This document shows positions 42,740-60,123 of a DNA stretch of 64,000 nucleotides, in pieces. A model generated the notes under the pieces. That model searched no databases, was not told the DNA's origin, and was given only the letters and a program-made list of their open reading frames with translations. The position numbers were made by a program, and so were the translations under genes. The stretch is from NCBI RefSeq assembly GCF_009914755.1, contig NC_060925.1. The stretch is one strand, 5' to 3'. Numbering within the stretch: the stretch's first letter is position 1; the number at the start of each line of letters is the position of its first letter. Origin of the DNA: the human T2T-CHM13v2.0 reference genome, Homo sapiens.

Positions 42740-43720
42740 CCTGTGGGCGCACTTAGTTTCATGGCTGTAAATACCATCTGTAAGCTGGCAGCCTTTCTGC
42801 TCTGAGCCTCACACGCTCCATCCGGCTGCCTGTTTGACAGCTTGGATGTTTATTAGCCATCCAAGAGTAACATGAGCAAAACAGAACTCCACAAAACCTA
42901 CTGCTCCCAGAGTCTTCCCTGTCTCTGTTAGAGGCAGCTCCATCTTTCCAGCTACACAGATCTCAAGCTTCATAGTCATCCTTGGATCTTATTTCTCAGC
43001 CCTGCAGCAAATCCTATCAAGTCTACCTTCAAAATAAATACAGAATCTTACCCCTTCTCACTACTTCCTCCACCACTGTCCTGATGGAAGCCACCGTATC
43101 TCACCTATATTGGTGCATTCACTTCCTGACTGCTCTGGCTTGAAAGCTTGCTGCCCTCTACCCTCAGTCTGATCTCAGCAGAGCACCCAGAGAACCCTCT
43201 GCTCAGATCCTCTGCTCAGAGTTGCTGTCTCCCTCTGGGTAAGAGCTACAGCTATCCCTGTGGCCTACTAGGTTCTACACGATTCTCACCCTTCCCATTA
43301 CTTCTGACTTTTCATCTCCTATTTTCCCCTTTGCCTCTCCAGCCTCCTTTTTGTTCCTTTAAAAGGCCAGGAACATTTCCCACCGCAGGGTGTTTGCAGT
43401 AGACATTGTCTGCACGGCTGACGTCCGCTGTCATCACCTTGCAGGAAGACCCTATAGTGACCATGCTATTTAAAAGCAAACTCTCCGCAACACTCCAGCC
43501 CGCCTTCCTGCTTTATATTTTTATCCGTAGCACTTACGTCCATCAACATACAGTGTAGTTTACTTATTTCTATTCTTTTCTCCCTCTTCACCACCCCCTC
43601 CAATGGGACTTCTTTGGAGGTAGTGACTTTGGTTTCTTTTAATTACTGAAATCGTCCCCAAGCATCGAGAATGTTGCCTGTCACATAGCAAGCATTCCAT
43701 ACAAATTGAATGCATGAGTT
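42740..43720. mobile_element. L2 3' region, degenerate
   Basis: aacatgagcaaaacagaactc, cagcaaatcctatcaagtctaccttcaaaata, gcctgtcacatagcaagcattccatacaaattgaatgcatga. Confidence 0.7.
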
Positions 43721-44386
43721 TTGGCATGTCAGGAAGATATTGCATATAAAGGGCTTAACACCCTCCCTCCGTGTAAATAATAAAAGCTGCTGTCATTATA
43801 ATAGCTACTCTCTGCTTTTAAACACAAGGTTTTGTTTTTTTTTAACCTTAAAGTCTTTTATCTCTTAATAGAGGCAAAAAAAAAAGGTGGGGGGGAATAT
43901 CCTATTACATAATTCTCATGTGAAGAAAGCATACTCTTCGGGGGAAATTTGTATCTTTTCCTGTTAATAAGTTCTAAAGGCAGAGTCTGTAACTCAGGAC
44001 TTACATAAAAACAATATACCAACTTAGGAAGCTTTAGGGGGGCTTAACAGAGGGTGGCTCCTTTTCAGGCTGCTACCATGTGGGTTGAAGCCACCATCCT
44101 CTCTCACCTGGATTATTGTACAGCTTTCTGTTTCTTCATTAACCATCCCTAAGCTAACGGCGGTGACGATGGTTTACAGAGAGGGTCTTTATCTAGTAAG
44201 TGATCAAACAAGAACAAGGGTACAGGCTTTTGTCTTATCTACAAAGCCCGTGTTAGTTTCCTGTTGACATTTTTGGAAGACACTTTGTTATTCAAAAACC
44301 ATACAAGGCTGGGCGCAGTGGCTCACCCTTGTAATCCCAGCACTTTGGGAGGCCAAGGCAGGTGGATCACCTTAGGTCAGGAGTTA

Positions 44387-44644
<258 letters not shown>

Positions 44645-44713
44645 TTAAAAGTTGTCTGCTTGTGGCCGAGGCGGGCGGATCACGAGGTCAGGAGATAGAG
44701 ACTATCCTGGCTA

Positions 44714-44953
<240 letters not shown>

Positions 44954-45278
44954 TTAAAAGACTTGTCAGAGAACAGAATTTGTTTATAGAAAGTTTATTT
45001 TCAAAATTCAGAGAAAAAAATATTCTCTATTCTGTTAAAGAAAAGTATTCTGTTAAAGAAAAAAATTCTCTATTGAAGAACCTATCTCGAACCTATCTTT
45101 TTTTTTTTAATAGTTACTTAAAAAGCAAAAAGGCAATATGTTAACAGATTCAGGTATCTGCTATTAAATGTGCCAGAGTAATAAATAGTATATGTATTTC
45201 AGGTATTTGCTTTTAAAAAAAATAAAAATCTTCTGGCTTAATATTTTCCAGCAAAGTTCTTACTATTTAAACTGCTGA

Positions 45279-45410
<132 letters not shown>

Positions 45411-46248
45411 TGAGTAGCTGGGACCCGTCACCACGCCCGGCTAATTTTTTTTGTATTTTTAGTAGAGACGGGGTTTCAGCGGTATTAGCCAGGATGGTCT
45501 CCATCTCCTGGCCTTGTGATCCGCCCGCTTCGGCCTCCCAAAGTGCTGGGATTACAGGCGTGAGCCACCGCGCGCAGCCCTCTTTTTGTTTTTTCAAGTG
45601 CCTTTTTCATTGAAAAGTAACGTGTTAGTGATCTCCTATCTTATCTTTTAGGAACCACAGTGTTCAGATGAGACATTTGTCTTGGATTAGTCTGTGCTAT
45701 GCATATTATGATATAAAACAGTGAAGAGAATAAAATGCTCCAAACAAGACCCTGATTTTTTTTTTCCATTTTTTTCCTAAATGAAAGTTTGTGACTGTGG
45801 GAAAATGAGTCTGGATCCTTCTGGGCTTGATTTTGCAGCTGAAATGTACCATTTATAGTAGGATCTTAATTGTTCCAGAAAAGTTTTGTAAACATCAAGC
45901 TAGGTTAGAAGTTTGGATTATGTAACAGATTTGGCTTTTTGCCAACTGTTATTATGTGTAACTATGGAGACCGCCTTTCTTAAGTTCTTAACAGGCCTGA
46001 GTCACTTGAGGACACGAGTTCCCTACTGCATTATGGATGAGCGGCTTCAAGCTTCCTGGAGCCAGAGATTCCCTTAATTGTGTTTAAATGACTCCTGAAG
46101 CTGAACAGGGTACATTAATGGGGACCACAGAGAGGATCTAAACTTTACACAATTTCTTGATACACTTAGCGTTTGAAAATCTTGATTATGTGCTATATTA
46201 TAAAGTATAGGCCACTTCAGGGTGTTACTTGAGAGAGGTTTTAGTTCA

Positions 46249-46743
<495 letters not shown>

Positions 46744-47080
46744 TCAGGAGGCTGAGGCAGCAGAATTGCTTGAACCCAGGAGGCAGAGGTTGTATGGGAT
46801 CACTTAAAAGGGCCTGGGCTTAACACCTGTCAGTAAGGAAAATGATTTGATTAGAAAATAAGACTACTGTCTCTGCATAATATTTTTATGTAATTGAATT
46901 ATATAAATGGGCCAGGCACAGTGGCTCATGCCTGTAATCTCAACACTTTGGGAGGCCGAGGTGGGCAGATCACTTGAGGTAGGGAGTTCGAAACCAACCT
47001 GACCAACATGGAGAAACCCTGTCTCTACTAAAAATACAAAATTAGCTGGGCGTAGTGGCGGGTGCCTGTAATCCCAGCTA

Positions 47081-47221
<141 letters not shown>

Positions 47222-47247
47222 CTAAGGTCTGACTTACTACTTTTTAA

Positions 47248-47466
<219 letters not shown>

Positions 47467-48609
47467 TAGCCAGGACGGTCTCGATCTCCTGACCTCGTGA
47501 TCCGCCCGCCTCGGCCTCCCAGAGTGTTGGGATTACAGGCATGAGCCACCGCGCCCGGCCGATTCTTTAGTATTTCAACAAAAGATCATGCCATCTGTGA
47601 ATAGACATAGTTTTACTTTTTTCTTTCCACTCTTTTTCATCTAATTGCTAGCCTACTACTAGCTCTTGAAGGTACAGATATTCTTTATTTTAAACATCCA
47701 AAAATTAGGAGAAGAGAAGCTAAGATTCAAAATTCTATTTACTTTATACATTCAGAGAATCTAGAGCATGAAAAGTTACATAGTGATCTGAGGAAGGAGA
47801 GCTGGAAATAGATGAAACTTTAACATTATCCAGTATGCTGTGGACCAGAATGTCAGCTGTACCTCTTTTGCACCAAAAACCAGCTTAATTTGGGAAACTT
47901 TCCCTGTGGAGAAAGTGGAAGAGGTAGAAATAGAATTGACAGGATTTACTTTACTATTAACTTTATAGGAACATCTTTTCCATAAAGTGAAAGACCTTTT
48001 CATCATACCTTCTGTGTGTTATAATGAAAGTAAAACATTCTATTAACTTTTTTTTTTTCCTTTCTGAGACAGAGTCCTGCTCTGTTGCCCGGGCTGGAGT
48101 ACAGTGGCATGATCTGGGCTCACTGCAGCCTTTGCCTCCTGTGATCAAGTGATTTCTGGCTAGTTTTTGTATTTTTAGTAGAGACGGGGTTTCACCATGT
48201 TGCCAGGCTGGTCTTGAACCCCTGACCTCAAGTGATCCACCCGCTTCGGCCTCCCAATGTGCTAGGATTACAGATGTGAGCCACTGCTCCCAGCCATTCT
48301 ATTAACTTTTGACTAGCATATGATTATTTGTGAGCTAGATCAACCTTAAGTGCTATCAAATGGATGGTACTACTAGTAAAGAGAAATCCTCCATAAGAAA
48401 AAGAGATTAAATTAGAGAAGACCATTATATAACAATGTAAATTCTACTGGATACCATGGAAATTGAACCATTGAAGAGAGTAAATTTAACCAACGTGAAT
48501 AACTGTGTTGCTGCGGAAAAATGCCTCTAAAGAATGTTCCATACAATCCTTTCAGGATTTTCTAAGTCGCTTTTAATTGGAAACAATATTTAACTTTTTT
48601 GTGTGAAAA

Positions 48610-49910
<1,301 letters not shown>

Positions 49911-50029
49911 AAAAAAGTTTAAAATTAAAGCAGTTGGCTGGGTGCATTGGCTCACGCCTATAATCCCAGCACTTTGGGAGGCCAAGGCAGGCGGATCATC
50001 AGGTCGGGAGATTGAGACCATCCTGGCTA

Positions 50030-50260
<231 letters not shown>

Positions 50261-51064
50261 TCACGGTATAATCTTTGGACTTGAGATACTAGGCTTTGGT
50301 TTTAAATAACCGTCATCCGTCCATGAAAATTATTAGTTTTCTATTCCTTAAATTCTGCCCTCCCCCGCCAACTTTTTTTTTGTTTTTAATTTTTGAGACA
50401 AGGGGTCTCTTTCTGTCGCTAAAGCTGGAGTGCAGTGGCATGATCATGGCTCACTGCAGCCTTGACCTCCCAGGCTAAGTGATCCTCTTACCTCAGCCTC
50501 CTGAGTAGCTGGGACCACAGGCACACACCACCACACCTGGCTAATATTTTTCATTTTTTGTATAGATGGGGTTTATACTGTGTTGCTCAGGCTGGTCTGG
50601 AACTCCTGGGTTCAAGTGATCCTCCTACCTGGACCTCCCAAAATGCTGGGATTACAGGTATGAGCACTGAGCTGGCTCTATTCTTTATATCCCTGTATAA
50701 GATTCTACTACATTAGGTAAAGATCTAGAAGATAGGATTGTTAGAAGCAGTAAATCCAAAAGAAATCTCTGAACCTGTTTCTCAGTGAATCTTATTATGA
50801 TGAGGAAATTATTCCCTGTGTGGCACCCTCTGCCAGATACTCATCCTGCTTTCACAGGATTTCATTGTATAGTACAGACTCTGCACAGCTTCCTCCTGTG
50901 TTGGGCCGGGTGTGGTGGCTCATGCCTGTAATCCCAGCACTTTGTGAGGCTGAGGCGGGCAGATCACCTGAGGTGAGGAGTTCAAGACCAGCCTGACCAG
51001 CATGGAGAAACCCCATCTCTACTAAAAATATAAAGTTAGCTGAGCGTGGTGGTGCATGCCTTTA

Positions 51065-51431
<367 letters not shown>

Positions 51432-51622
51432 TCACTGTGCTAATGATAGCAGTATTCTACAGCCTTCCGATTCTGTATTGTAACCAAATCAGATAAGAGT
51501 CGAGCTTGACATCTCTCAAACATTTTATTCTCTCAAGGAACTAATGAGAAGGTTGACTCTTTATCATTTTTAATAGGCCTTGCCTGAGGGGTTTTAAAGG
51601 TTTGTCTTTTCTTATTATTCAG

Positions 51623-51700
51623 GTCGATCTTGGAGAAAGAGGGACCAAAGTCACTTTTTAGAGGCTTGGGTCCAAATTTGGTTGGAGTTGCACCATCAAG
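51623..51700 (+). CDS. SLC25A33: SLC25A33 exon 3 (78 nt, [25 protein letters not shown])
   Basis: Acceptor ttttcttattattcAG, donor AG|GTAAGC; EGxxxxFRG carrier motif. Confidence 0.96.
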
Positions 51701-51959
51701 GTAAGCATTAAACTTTCCAGCTAGCTCATGCTAAGCAGTATGGAATTCTGGGTCCTTTCTTACCAAAGGGTGATGCTGCTGAATGACCAGTGTCTTTTTC
51801 TATGTTGGATTTGCCTAAATATAGCGGACATAGCAAATAGTCATTGAGAATGCTAGGCGTGTCTTCAGTGTGTGAAAGAAAGGATTCTACTTACTGTATT
51901 CTTTATATTCTTAAGTGTGAAAATTAATCTGCTATCATTACTGTAATGTACTTTAAGTG

Positions 51960-52400
51960 TTTGCTACTCTAAGTATGGCATGTGGCCAGCAGCATTAGTA
52001 TTGTATGAGAGCTTGTTATAAACACACAATCCCAGGGCACATCCCAGACCTACATCAGAATCTGCATTTTAACAGAACCCCCAGGTGACTCCAACGCAGT
52101 TAGAAACACTGATCCAGAGGAATTGTAAAGGCTTTTAACTTCACTTTCTGTAAAATGACATCCTCATATCTTTGCAGGGCTTCTCCTGAAAGCCTGTTTG
52201 AAATATACAGAACTGTACTGTCCCAGTACATAAGGGTAGTCACTGGCCACATGGAGCAGTTTAAATGTAAATTAATCAGAATTAAAGGTTCAGTTGCTCA
52301 GTCTTCATGTTTCAAGCACTCAATCTCCACATGCAGCTAATGGCTACTGTATTGAAGAGCAGAGATACAGGGCATCCTATCTTGGCAGAAAGTTCTCTTG
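51960..52400. mobile_element. MER5A-like followed by MER3/MER33-like hAT fragments
   Basis: cccagacctacatcagaatctgcattttaacagaacccccaggtga; gtagtcactggccacatgg...gctaatggctactgtattg. Confidence 0.65.
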
Positions 52401-52619
52401 GATAGATAGGATAGAGAGGATAACAGTGTATGATTGTAAAAGTAACAGAGACAGATAGAGAATAGCATATCTGGAAAGTAGATTAAAAACTGCTTCCAGG
52501 CCGGCTGTGGTGGCTCACCTGTGTAATCCCAGCACTTTGGGAGGCTGAGGCAGGTGGATCACCAGAGGTCAGGAATTGGAGACCAGCCTGGCCAACTTGG
52601 CGAAACCCCATCTCTACTA

Positions 52620-52745
<126 letters not shown>

Positions 52746-53292
52746 TCACTGCAGCCTGGGTGAAAGAGTGAAACTCCATCTCAAAAAGAAAAAACAAAAC
52801 AAAACAAAAAAACTTCTTCCAGAAAGGACCTCCTGAGAAGGGAACTGGGTGGCAGGGCAGGACACTTAACTTGTCATACTCCAAGAGACTTGAAAGAAAA
52901 TGAAGTCTGGCCGGGTGCGGTGGCTCACGCCTGTAATCCCAGCACTTTGGGAGGCCGAGGCCGGGGGATCACGGGGTCAGGAGATCGAGACCATCCTGGC
53001 TAACGCGGTGAAACCCCGTCTCTACTAAAAATACAAAAAACTAGCCGGGCGTGATGGCTGGCACCTGTAGTCCCAACTACTCAGGAGGCTAAGGCAGGAG
53101 AATGGCATGAACCCGGGAGGCGGAGCTTGCAGTGAGCTGAGATCGCTGCACTCCAGCCTGGGCGACAGAGCGAGACTCTGTCTCAAAAAAAAAAAGAGAA
53201 AATGAAGTCTTACAACAAAAATGAGAATGTTGTCTTATATAGGGTGAAGACCAAAAGCTTATAGAATTCTTCCAGATCAGTGCTCCAATTTA

Positions 53293-53604
<312 letters not shown>

Positions 53605-54596
53605 TCACCTGGGGATGTTATGAAAAGGCAGACTTTTTTACTGCTTTTGTTCCTTTAGAATTTTGTAGCAAGTATGTGTGATGTATTTAAAGACAGAAAG
53701 TACTAGTCTGTGAGATGATCTGGGGTGTGCCTTATTCATAGATGGGAAACCTACTGCTCATCTGTAGTAAATAAAGTGAGAAGAGCCCTCGCTGCTCACA
53801 GGCAATGCTCCTACAGTGTAACCCTGGTAACCTGATGCAGATTCCTGACTGCCTCACCCATTAGGGGAAATGGAAGACTTTTAAAACACAACAATGATAA
53901 GTAGTTAAGATCCTAAACTGCAAAATATATTCTATGATTGATTCATTGACCAGCAGAAGAAAGAAACATTTTCCCTGCATTGCTGGTGAAAGAGCAGGAA
54001 AAATCCCAAGTAGCTCCTATTTCCCAGCCCCAACAAGAGGGAAGACAGCAGGGGGAAAAGTGAAGAGAAAACAAGGGTGACGGGACCACTTTGCGGTAGT
54101 CAAGGCAGGGGGTGGCGGAAGGGCCCTTTATGAAAACACAGGTATGATATGATGGCTGTTCCTGTGTGTTCCCGAGTCACCCAAAAACAGTTCAAATTAT
54201 GTTTGACATTCTCATTTTGGCACAGGGTGAAAAAGTGTGGTCTATTCTAGAAACAAAAAAAAAAATTAAAACTTCCAATGTGTTGAAGCTTAAAGGATTA
54301 GCATTTATCCAGAACGAAGAATGTAAAAGGACTTTGTAGATGTCTTCCCCAAATCTCACTTTCCTCAATTATTTTTGAACACCTCTGTCACCACTAAATC
54401 ATTTCTGGAGGGACACACAGGAGCTTCCTGAACGTGCCTGTGGCAGGTTTTGGTTTTAGCACAGGCGAGGACAAGCTTTTTAGTACATGGCAGCATCTTT
54501 CCCATTTTATTTTCCGAAAATTTTTCAGGTGTTCTGGAGGGACGTATAAAGTTGCACTGTGATGATTTCTTTATAATGTTCTCTTTGTTCTAACAG

Positions 54597-54697
54597 GGCT
54601 GTATACTTTGCATGTTACTCCAAAGCCAAAGAGCAATTTAATGGCATTTTCGTGCCTAACAGCAATATTGTGCATATTTTCTCAGCTGGCTCTGCAG
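54597..54697 (+). CDS. SLC25A33: SLC25A33 exon 4 (101 nt, AVYFACYSKAKEQFNGIFVPNSNIVHIFSAGSA)
   Basis: Acceptor ctctttgttctaacAG, donor CAG|GTATGT; frame continues from exon 3. Confidence 0.96.
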
Positions 54698-55005
54698 GTA
54701 TGTTACCCTAGTGAGTGAAGAGAGGGTCTCTCTCTCACTTTTCTAAAGCATGCATTGTGCCAGTTTTTCCAGGAATTAGAAATTAGCTCCTTGCTTCCTT
54801 TGCACCTAAAATTGTTTTTCTAAAGCTTTATGTTACAACCAATAGGAGAGTGAGAGCGGTTTGTAGCTTGATTTTATTTTCCTTGACCACTAAAGCTCTT
54901 TATTTGCCCTCAAAATGTACATGTTCTATGCATGCTACTGGTATTTTGTTCTTCTAAAGGAATATTCATAGGTTTTTCATGTCTTCTGTTTGCCCATCAA
55001 ATGAT

Positions 55006-55063
55006 ATAGATAGATAGATATAGATAGATAGATAGATATAGTTTTTTTTTTTTTTTTTTTTTT
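55006..55063. repeat. (GATA)n plus poly-T at an Alu tail
   Basis: Direct reading, about 8 units. Confidence 0.9.
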
Positions 55064-55611
55064 TGAGACAGAGTCTCACTCTGTCACCCAGGCTGGACTG
55101 GAGTGCAGTGGTGCAATCTCGGCTCACTGCAGCCTCCTCCTCCCAAGTTAAAGTGGTTCTTGTGCCTCAGCCTCCTGAGTAGCTGAGATTACAAGTATTT
55201 GCCACCATGCCTGGCTAATTTTTGCATTTTTAGTAGAGACGAGGTTTCACCACATTGCCCGGGCTGATCTCAAACTCCTGACCTCAAGTGATCCACCCTC
55301 CTCGGCCTCCCAGAGTGCTGGGATTACAGGCATGAGCCACTGCGCCCAGCCCCATCAGATGATTTTCTAAAATTAGAGTTTCTTTCTTCAGATTCCCCAC
55401 AGGGTCCCACACACCCTGTGTACAATTGGCACTCCTGTCCCCAACTATGGGTTATGCAATGAGGGTGTAGGGCTTGCAGTAGAGTTTCTAGTAGGGTCAG
55501 TGACAGCTCATAGGGCATCTGTTCTCTTTTGAGGGAACCATTCCACTTCCTACTGAAAAGCCATAGCGGGACTTCTTCCCCGGGATGTACTTGCAAAACA
55601 TGAACGTGTAG

Positions 55612-55837
<226 letters not shown>

Positions 55838-57684
55838 TAGCCAGGATAGTCTCGATCTGCCTGCCTCGGCCTCCCAAAGTGTTGGGATTACAGGCGTGAG
55901 CCACCCCACCCGGCCGAGAAGGCTCTTTTGTATAGAGTTCTATGTTCATTTAAACAGAAGGGTTTTTTTTTTTTAATTGGTATTGTTTTGTTTTGATACA
56001 GGGTCTGGCTGTGTCACCTAGGCTGGAGTGCAGTGGCATGATCTCAGCTCCCTGCAACCCCCACCTCCTGGGCTCAAGCCATCCCTCCTGCCTCAGCCTC
56101 CTGAGTAGCTGGAACTATAGCTGCATGCCACCATGCCCAGCTAATTTTTTTGTATTTTTTGTAGAAATGGAGTTTAACCATGTTGCCCAAGCTCGTCTCG
56201 AACTACTGAACTCAAGTAATTCACCTGCCTTAGCCTCCTAGAGTGCTGGGATCGCAGGCATAAGCCACCACGCCGAGCCTAGAAAGATATTTTAGAGAAC
56301 TTAAATTGGCATTTTACGAAAAATTTGCATCTCCTACCAGTCTGTAAGATGTACACACCAGTTTTGTCTGCCGTTGTTACTCCAAATACAAGTATGACCA
56401 ACCTGTCTGAATATTTATAGCTAATTATTTCTAGACCCTGAATAGAAAATCTTAAAGTTGCTTTATACAAGGAAGCCATTTCTATGTGATACAGAGCTCT
56501 GAGGAGGAAAGGCAGAGTTCCAAAACAGGTAGCCCTTTACTTAAAGATAGGCCAGTAGTGAGTTAGCATAAGCTAACAACTATTAATCTGTTTTGTAACT
56601 TTTGCAAAGTTAACTTAGAACCCTTGATAAATAAAGCAGACCTCAAGGAAGTTCTTAAAACCAGTGTCAGCCGGGCTTGGTGGCTCACGCCTGTAATCCC
56701 AGCACTTTGGGAGGCCGAGGCGAGCGGATCACGAGGTCAGGAGATCGAGACCATCCTGGCTAACACGGTGAAACCCTGTCTCTACTAAAAATACAAAAAA
56801 AAAAAAATTAGCCAGGCGCGGTGGCGGGCACCTGTAGTCCCAGCTGCTCGGGAGGCTGAGTCAGGTGAATGGCGTCAACCCGGGAGGCGGAGCTTGCAGT
56901 GAGCCGAGATCGCGCCACTGCACTCCAGCCTGCGACAGAGCAAGACTCCCATCTCAAAAAAAAAGAAAAAACCAGTGTCTTCCTAGTATCAAATTAATCT
57001 GCTTCCACAGCACTATAGAGGGTGTGAGGTATTACAGAAGAGATACTGTATGTCAGACTGATACCATGGTGTTGCTTTTTTTGGTTGTCCTAGAATGATT
57101 CACAGTGTTAGGTGAGGGAGGTTTGGCTGGGTGTGTTGGCTCATGCTTGTAATCCCAGCATTGTGGGAGGCTGAGGCTGGAGGATCCCTTGAGCCCAGGA
57201 ATTGAGACTAGCCTGAGCAACAAGGGAGACCCGTCTCTACAAAAAAAAAAAAAAAAATTTTTTTAAAGAGATGGAGAAGGCATACTCACCAAATGGTTAT
57301 CATATAACCAAATAAGCAGATCAGTCTTAAAAGTTAAATTATTTCTGGATCTGAGGCTTATAAATTGAGGTTTAGGACAGTTACAATTTTCAGTAGGAAT
57401 CACATTAACACAGATATCAACACCACCACCTACAGGTTGAAAAGACTAGAAGGGATTCTAGAAAATTAAGAGAAATTTATTTTAGATCCAGCAATACCAA
57501 TAGATGTTACACTTAATGGGGAAACTGAAGCTTCTATCTGCAGGATAGAAATATAACTGCTTCCTACTGTCTTTTTATTAGGCCATTGAAATCCCTATTT
57601 CAAAGTTTATTATATGATAATAGACATCTTTAATAAGTATGGACTATGTACAGTGTTGACCTTTACTGTTTTTTTTTTTTCCAG

Positions 57685-57751
57685 CTTTTATCACAAATTC
57701 CTTAATGAATCCTATATGGATGGTTAAAACCCGAATGCAGCTAGAACAGAA
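57685..57751 (+). CDS. SLC25A33: SLC25A33 exon 5 (67 nt, FITNSLMNPIWMVKTRMQLEQ)
   Basis: Acceptor T12-ccAG, donor AA|GTAAGT; second carrier motif PIWMVKTR. Confidence 0.96.
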
Positions 57752-58207
57752 GTAAGTTATTATTTGTTCCTTCCTTAATGAAAGGATTTTTGGGATTTTT
57801 TTTTCTTGCCCCAATTCCTCCACATCTCTAAGGATGAGATATAGAGATGTACCCCCCTCCTCGTTTCCTTAATCTAAGTGCACGCAGGATTCCTTTTGTG
57901 TTGAGGTTTGTGCTATAAGCATCATGGGAAGATGAGGGCGACAGAGATGACAAACAGGGGAAGGAGGGGATATCTCTGGTTGTGTCCCCTGATCCGCAGT
58001 CCCGCCTGTTGTCTCAGAGAGTCAGTGACTGTCTCTCCTTTGCAGACCCCACCCCAGTTGAAGTGCTGTGGGTTCTCCTCCGGATGGTCTCCCTTTCAAA
58101 AGGGAAGACAGTACAGGCACAACACTGAGTGTCCTCAGACCTCAGAGGGCTAATTTTAGTCTCCAAAGGCCCTCAGCTGTAATAGGTTTCTACCCTCAAG
58201 CTCCAGC

Positions 58208-59268
58208 CAGGGGTTTGTAACATTTTGTGGGGCTCTGTGGATTCCTTTGGTAGTCTGGTGACACCTGCAGGCCCTTTTTAGAATAATGTTGTTTTTTGAG
58301 TTTTTTTGTTTTTTTGTTGTTGTTGTTGTTGTTTTGTTTTTTTGTTTTGAGATAGGGTCTTACTTGTTGCCGAAGCTGAAGTGCAGTGGTCCAATCTTGG
58401 CTCACTGCAATCTATGCCTCCTAAGTAGAATAATGTATTTTGTTTCCTTTTCTTTTCTTTTTTTTTTTTTTTTGTTCTTTTGAGGCAGGGCCTCATCTAT
58501 CACCCAGCCTCGACCTCCCAGGCTCAAGCAATCCTCCTGCCTCAGCCTCACCTCCTCAGTAGTTTGAGACCACAGGTGCATGCCACCACACCCAGCTAAT
58601 TTTGTTTTTCTTGTAGAGATGGATCTTGCCATGTTGCCCAGGCTGGTCTCAACTCCTGGGCTCAAGCAGTCCTCCTGCCTTGGCTTCCCAAAGTGCTGGT
58701 ATTACAGGCGTGAACCACCACACCAGGCCTTAATAAGGTTTTTAAAAATACACTTGTCAGTGATACAGTAGTATGCCTCTTTAACACATTAAATTAATAA
58801 GATATGGCAGTAGTCCAGTAACTACTATAATTTCTAAGAAATGATAAACAGTGTCCTGTGATGTTTTCAACAAATGTAATGTGACATGAAAATATTTCTG
58901 TGTGTGTCAAATCACAGTTACTACTGCTGCTACTACTGTGGCCTGTGTATTTACATTCGTAATGAATACAATTAACCCAAGCTAATGGAACCCGGTGTAA
59001 AGAGTGTTTTAGACTTAATAAAGCTAAGCTTCATCTAAGTTGTAAAAAACCCTAGCTGAAATAAAATAAACTATGAAGGTGGCTTTAATACTTCTGAAGA
59101 CACAATAGCTAAGACCCAAATTGGGATTAGATACCCCACTATGCTTAGCCCTAAACTCCAATAGTTAACAACTTCAACTATTGGATTTCGGTTAGGGATT
59201 AGGGTTAAAGATGCATTTTCTCCCCAGTCCAAGTGAAGGAACTACCAGCATTCTATTAAGAACCCCTG
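58208..59268 (+). mobile_element. hAT-Charlie non-autonomous element (MER119-like), interrupted by Alu pieces and the NUMT
   Basis: Inverted termini caggggtt...aacccctg; internal cctttggtagtctggtga...agaataatgtt and tgtaatgtgacatgaaaatat match the remembered consensus. Confidence 0.72.
58966..59172 (+). pseudogene. NUMT: nuclear copy of a mitochondrial 12S rRNA (MT-RNR1) fragment
   Basis: Hallmark 12S tracts attaacccaag, gtaaagagtgttttaga, cacaatagctaagacccaaa.tgggattagataccccactatgcttagccctaaac; diverged from modern mtDNA as recalled. Confidence 0.93.
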
Positions 59269-59389
59269 TAGGCCGGGTGCGGTGGCTCACACCTGTAATC
59301 CCAGCACTTTGAGAGGCTGAGGCGGGCAGATCACGAGGTCAGGAGATCGAGACCAACCTGGCTAACACGGTGAAACCCTGTCTCTACTA

Positions 59390-59656
<267 letters not shown>

Positions 59657-59847
59657 CTAAAGAAAGGAGGCAGAGCTGGGCGTAGTGGCTCATGCCTGTA
59701 ATCCCAGCACTTTGGGAGGCCGAGGCGGGTGGGTCACAAACTCAGGAGTTCGAGACCAGCCTGGCCAACATGGTGAAACCCCGTCTCTACTAAAAATACA
59801 AAAATTAGCCAGGCGTGGTGGTGGGCGCCTGTAATCCTAGCTACTTA

Positions 59848-60123
<276 letters not shown>

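Noticed and set aside
58966-59172. Functional rRNA gene or nuclear MOTS-c copy
   Set aside because: Short diverged fragment that ends well before the MOTS-c region of 12S.
59190-59210. Telomere-like ggttagggattagggtta next to the NUMT
   Set aside because: It aligns colinearly with the remembered MER119 consensus (TTTCAGTTAGAGGTTAG...AAAGATG), so it is probably decayed transposon rather than telomerase addition.
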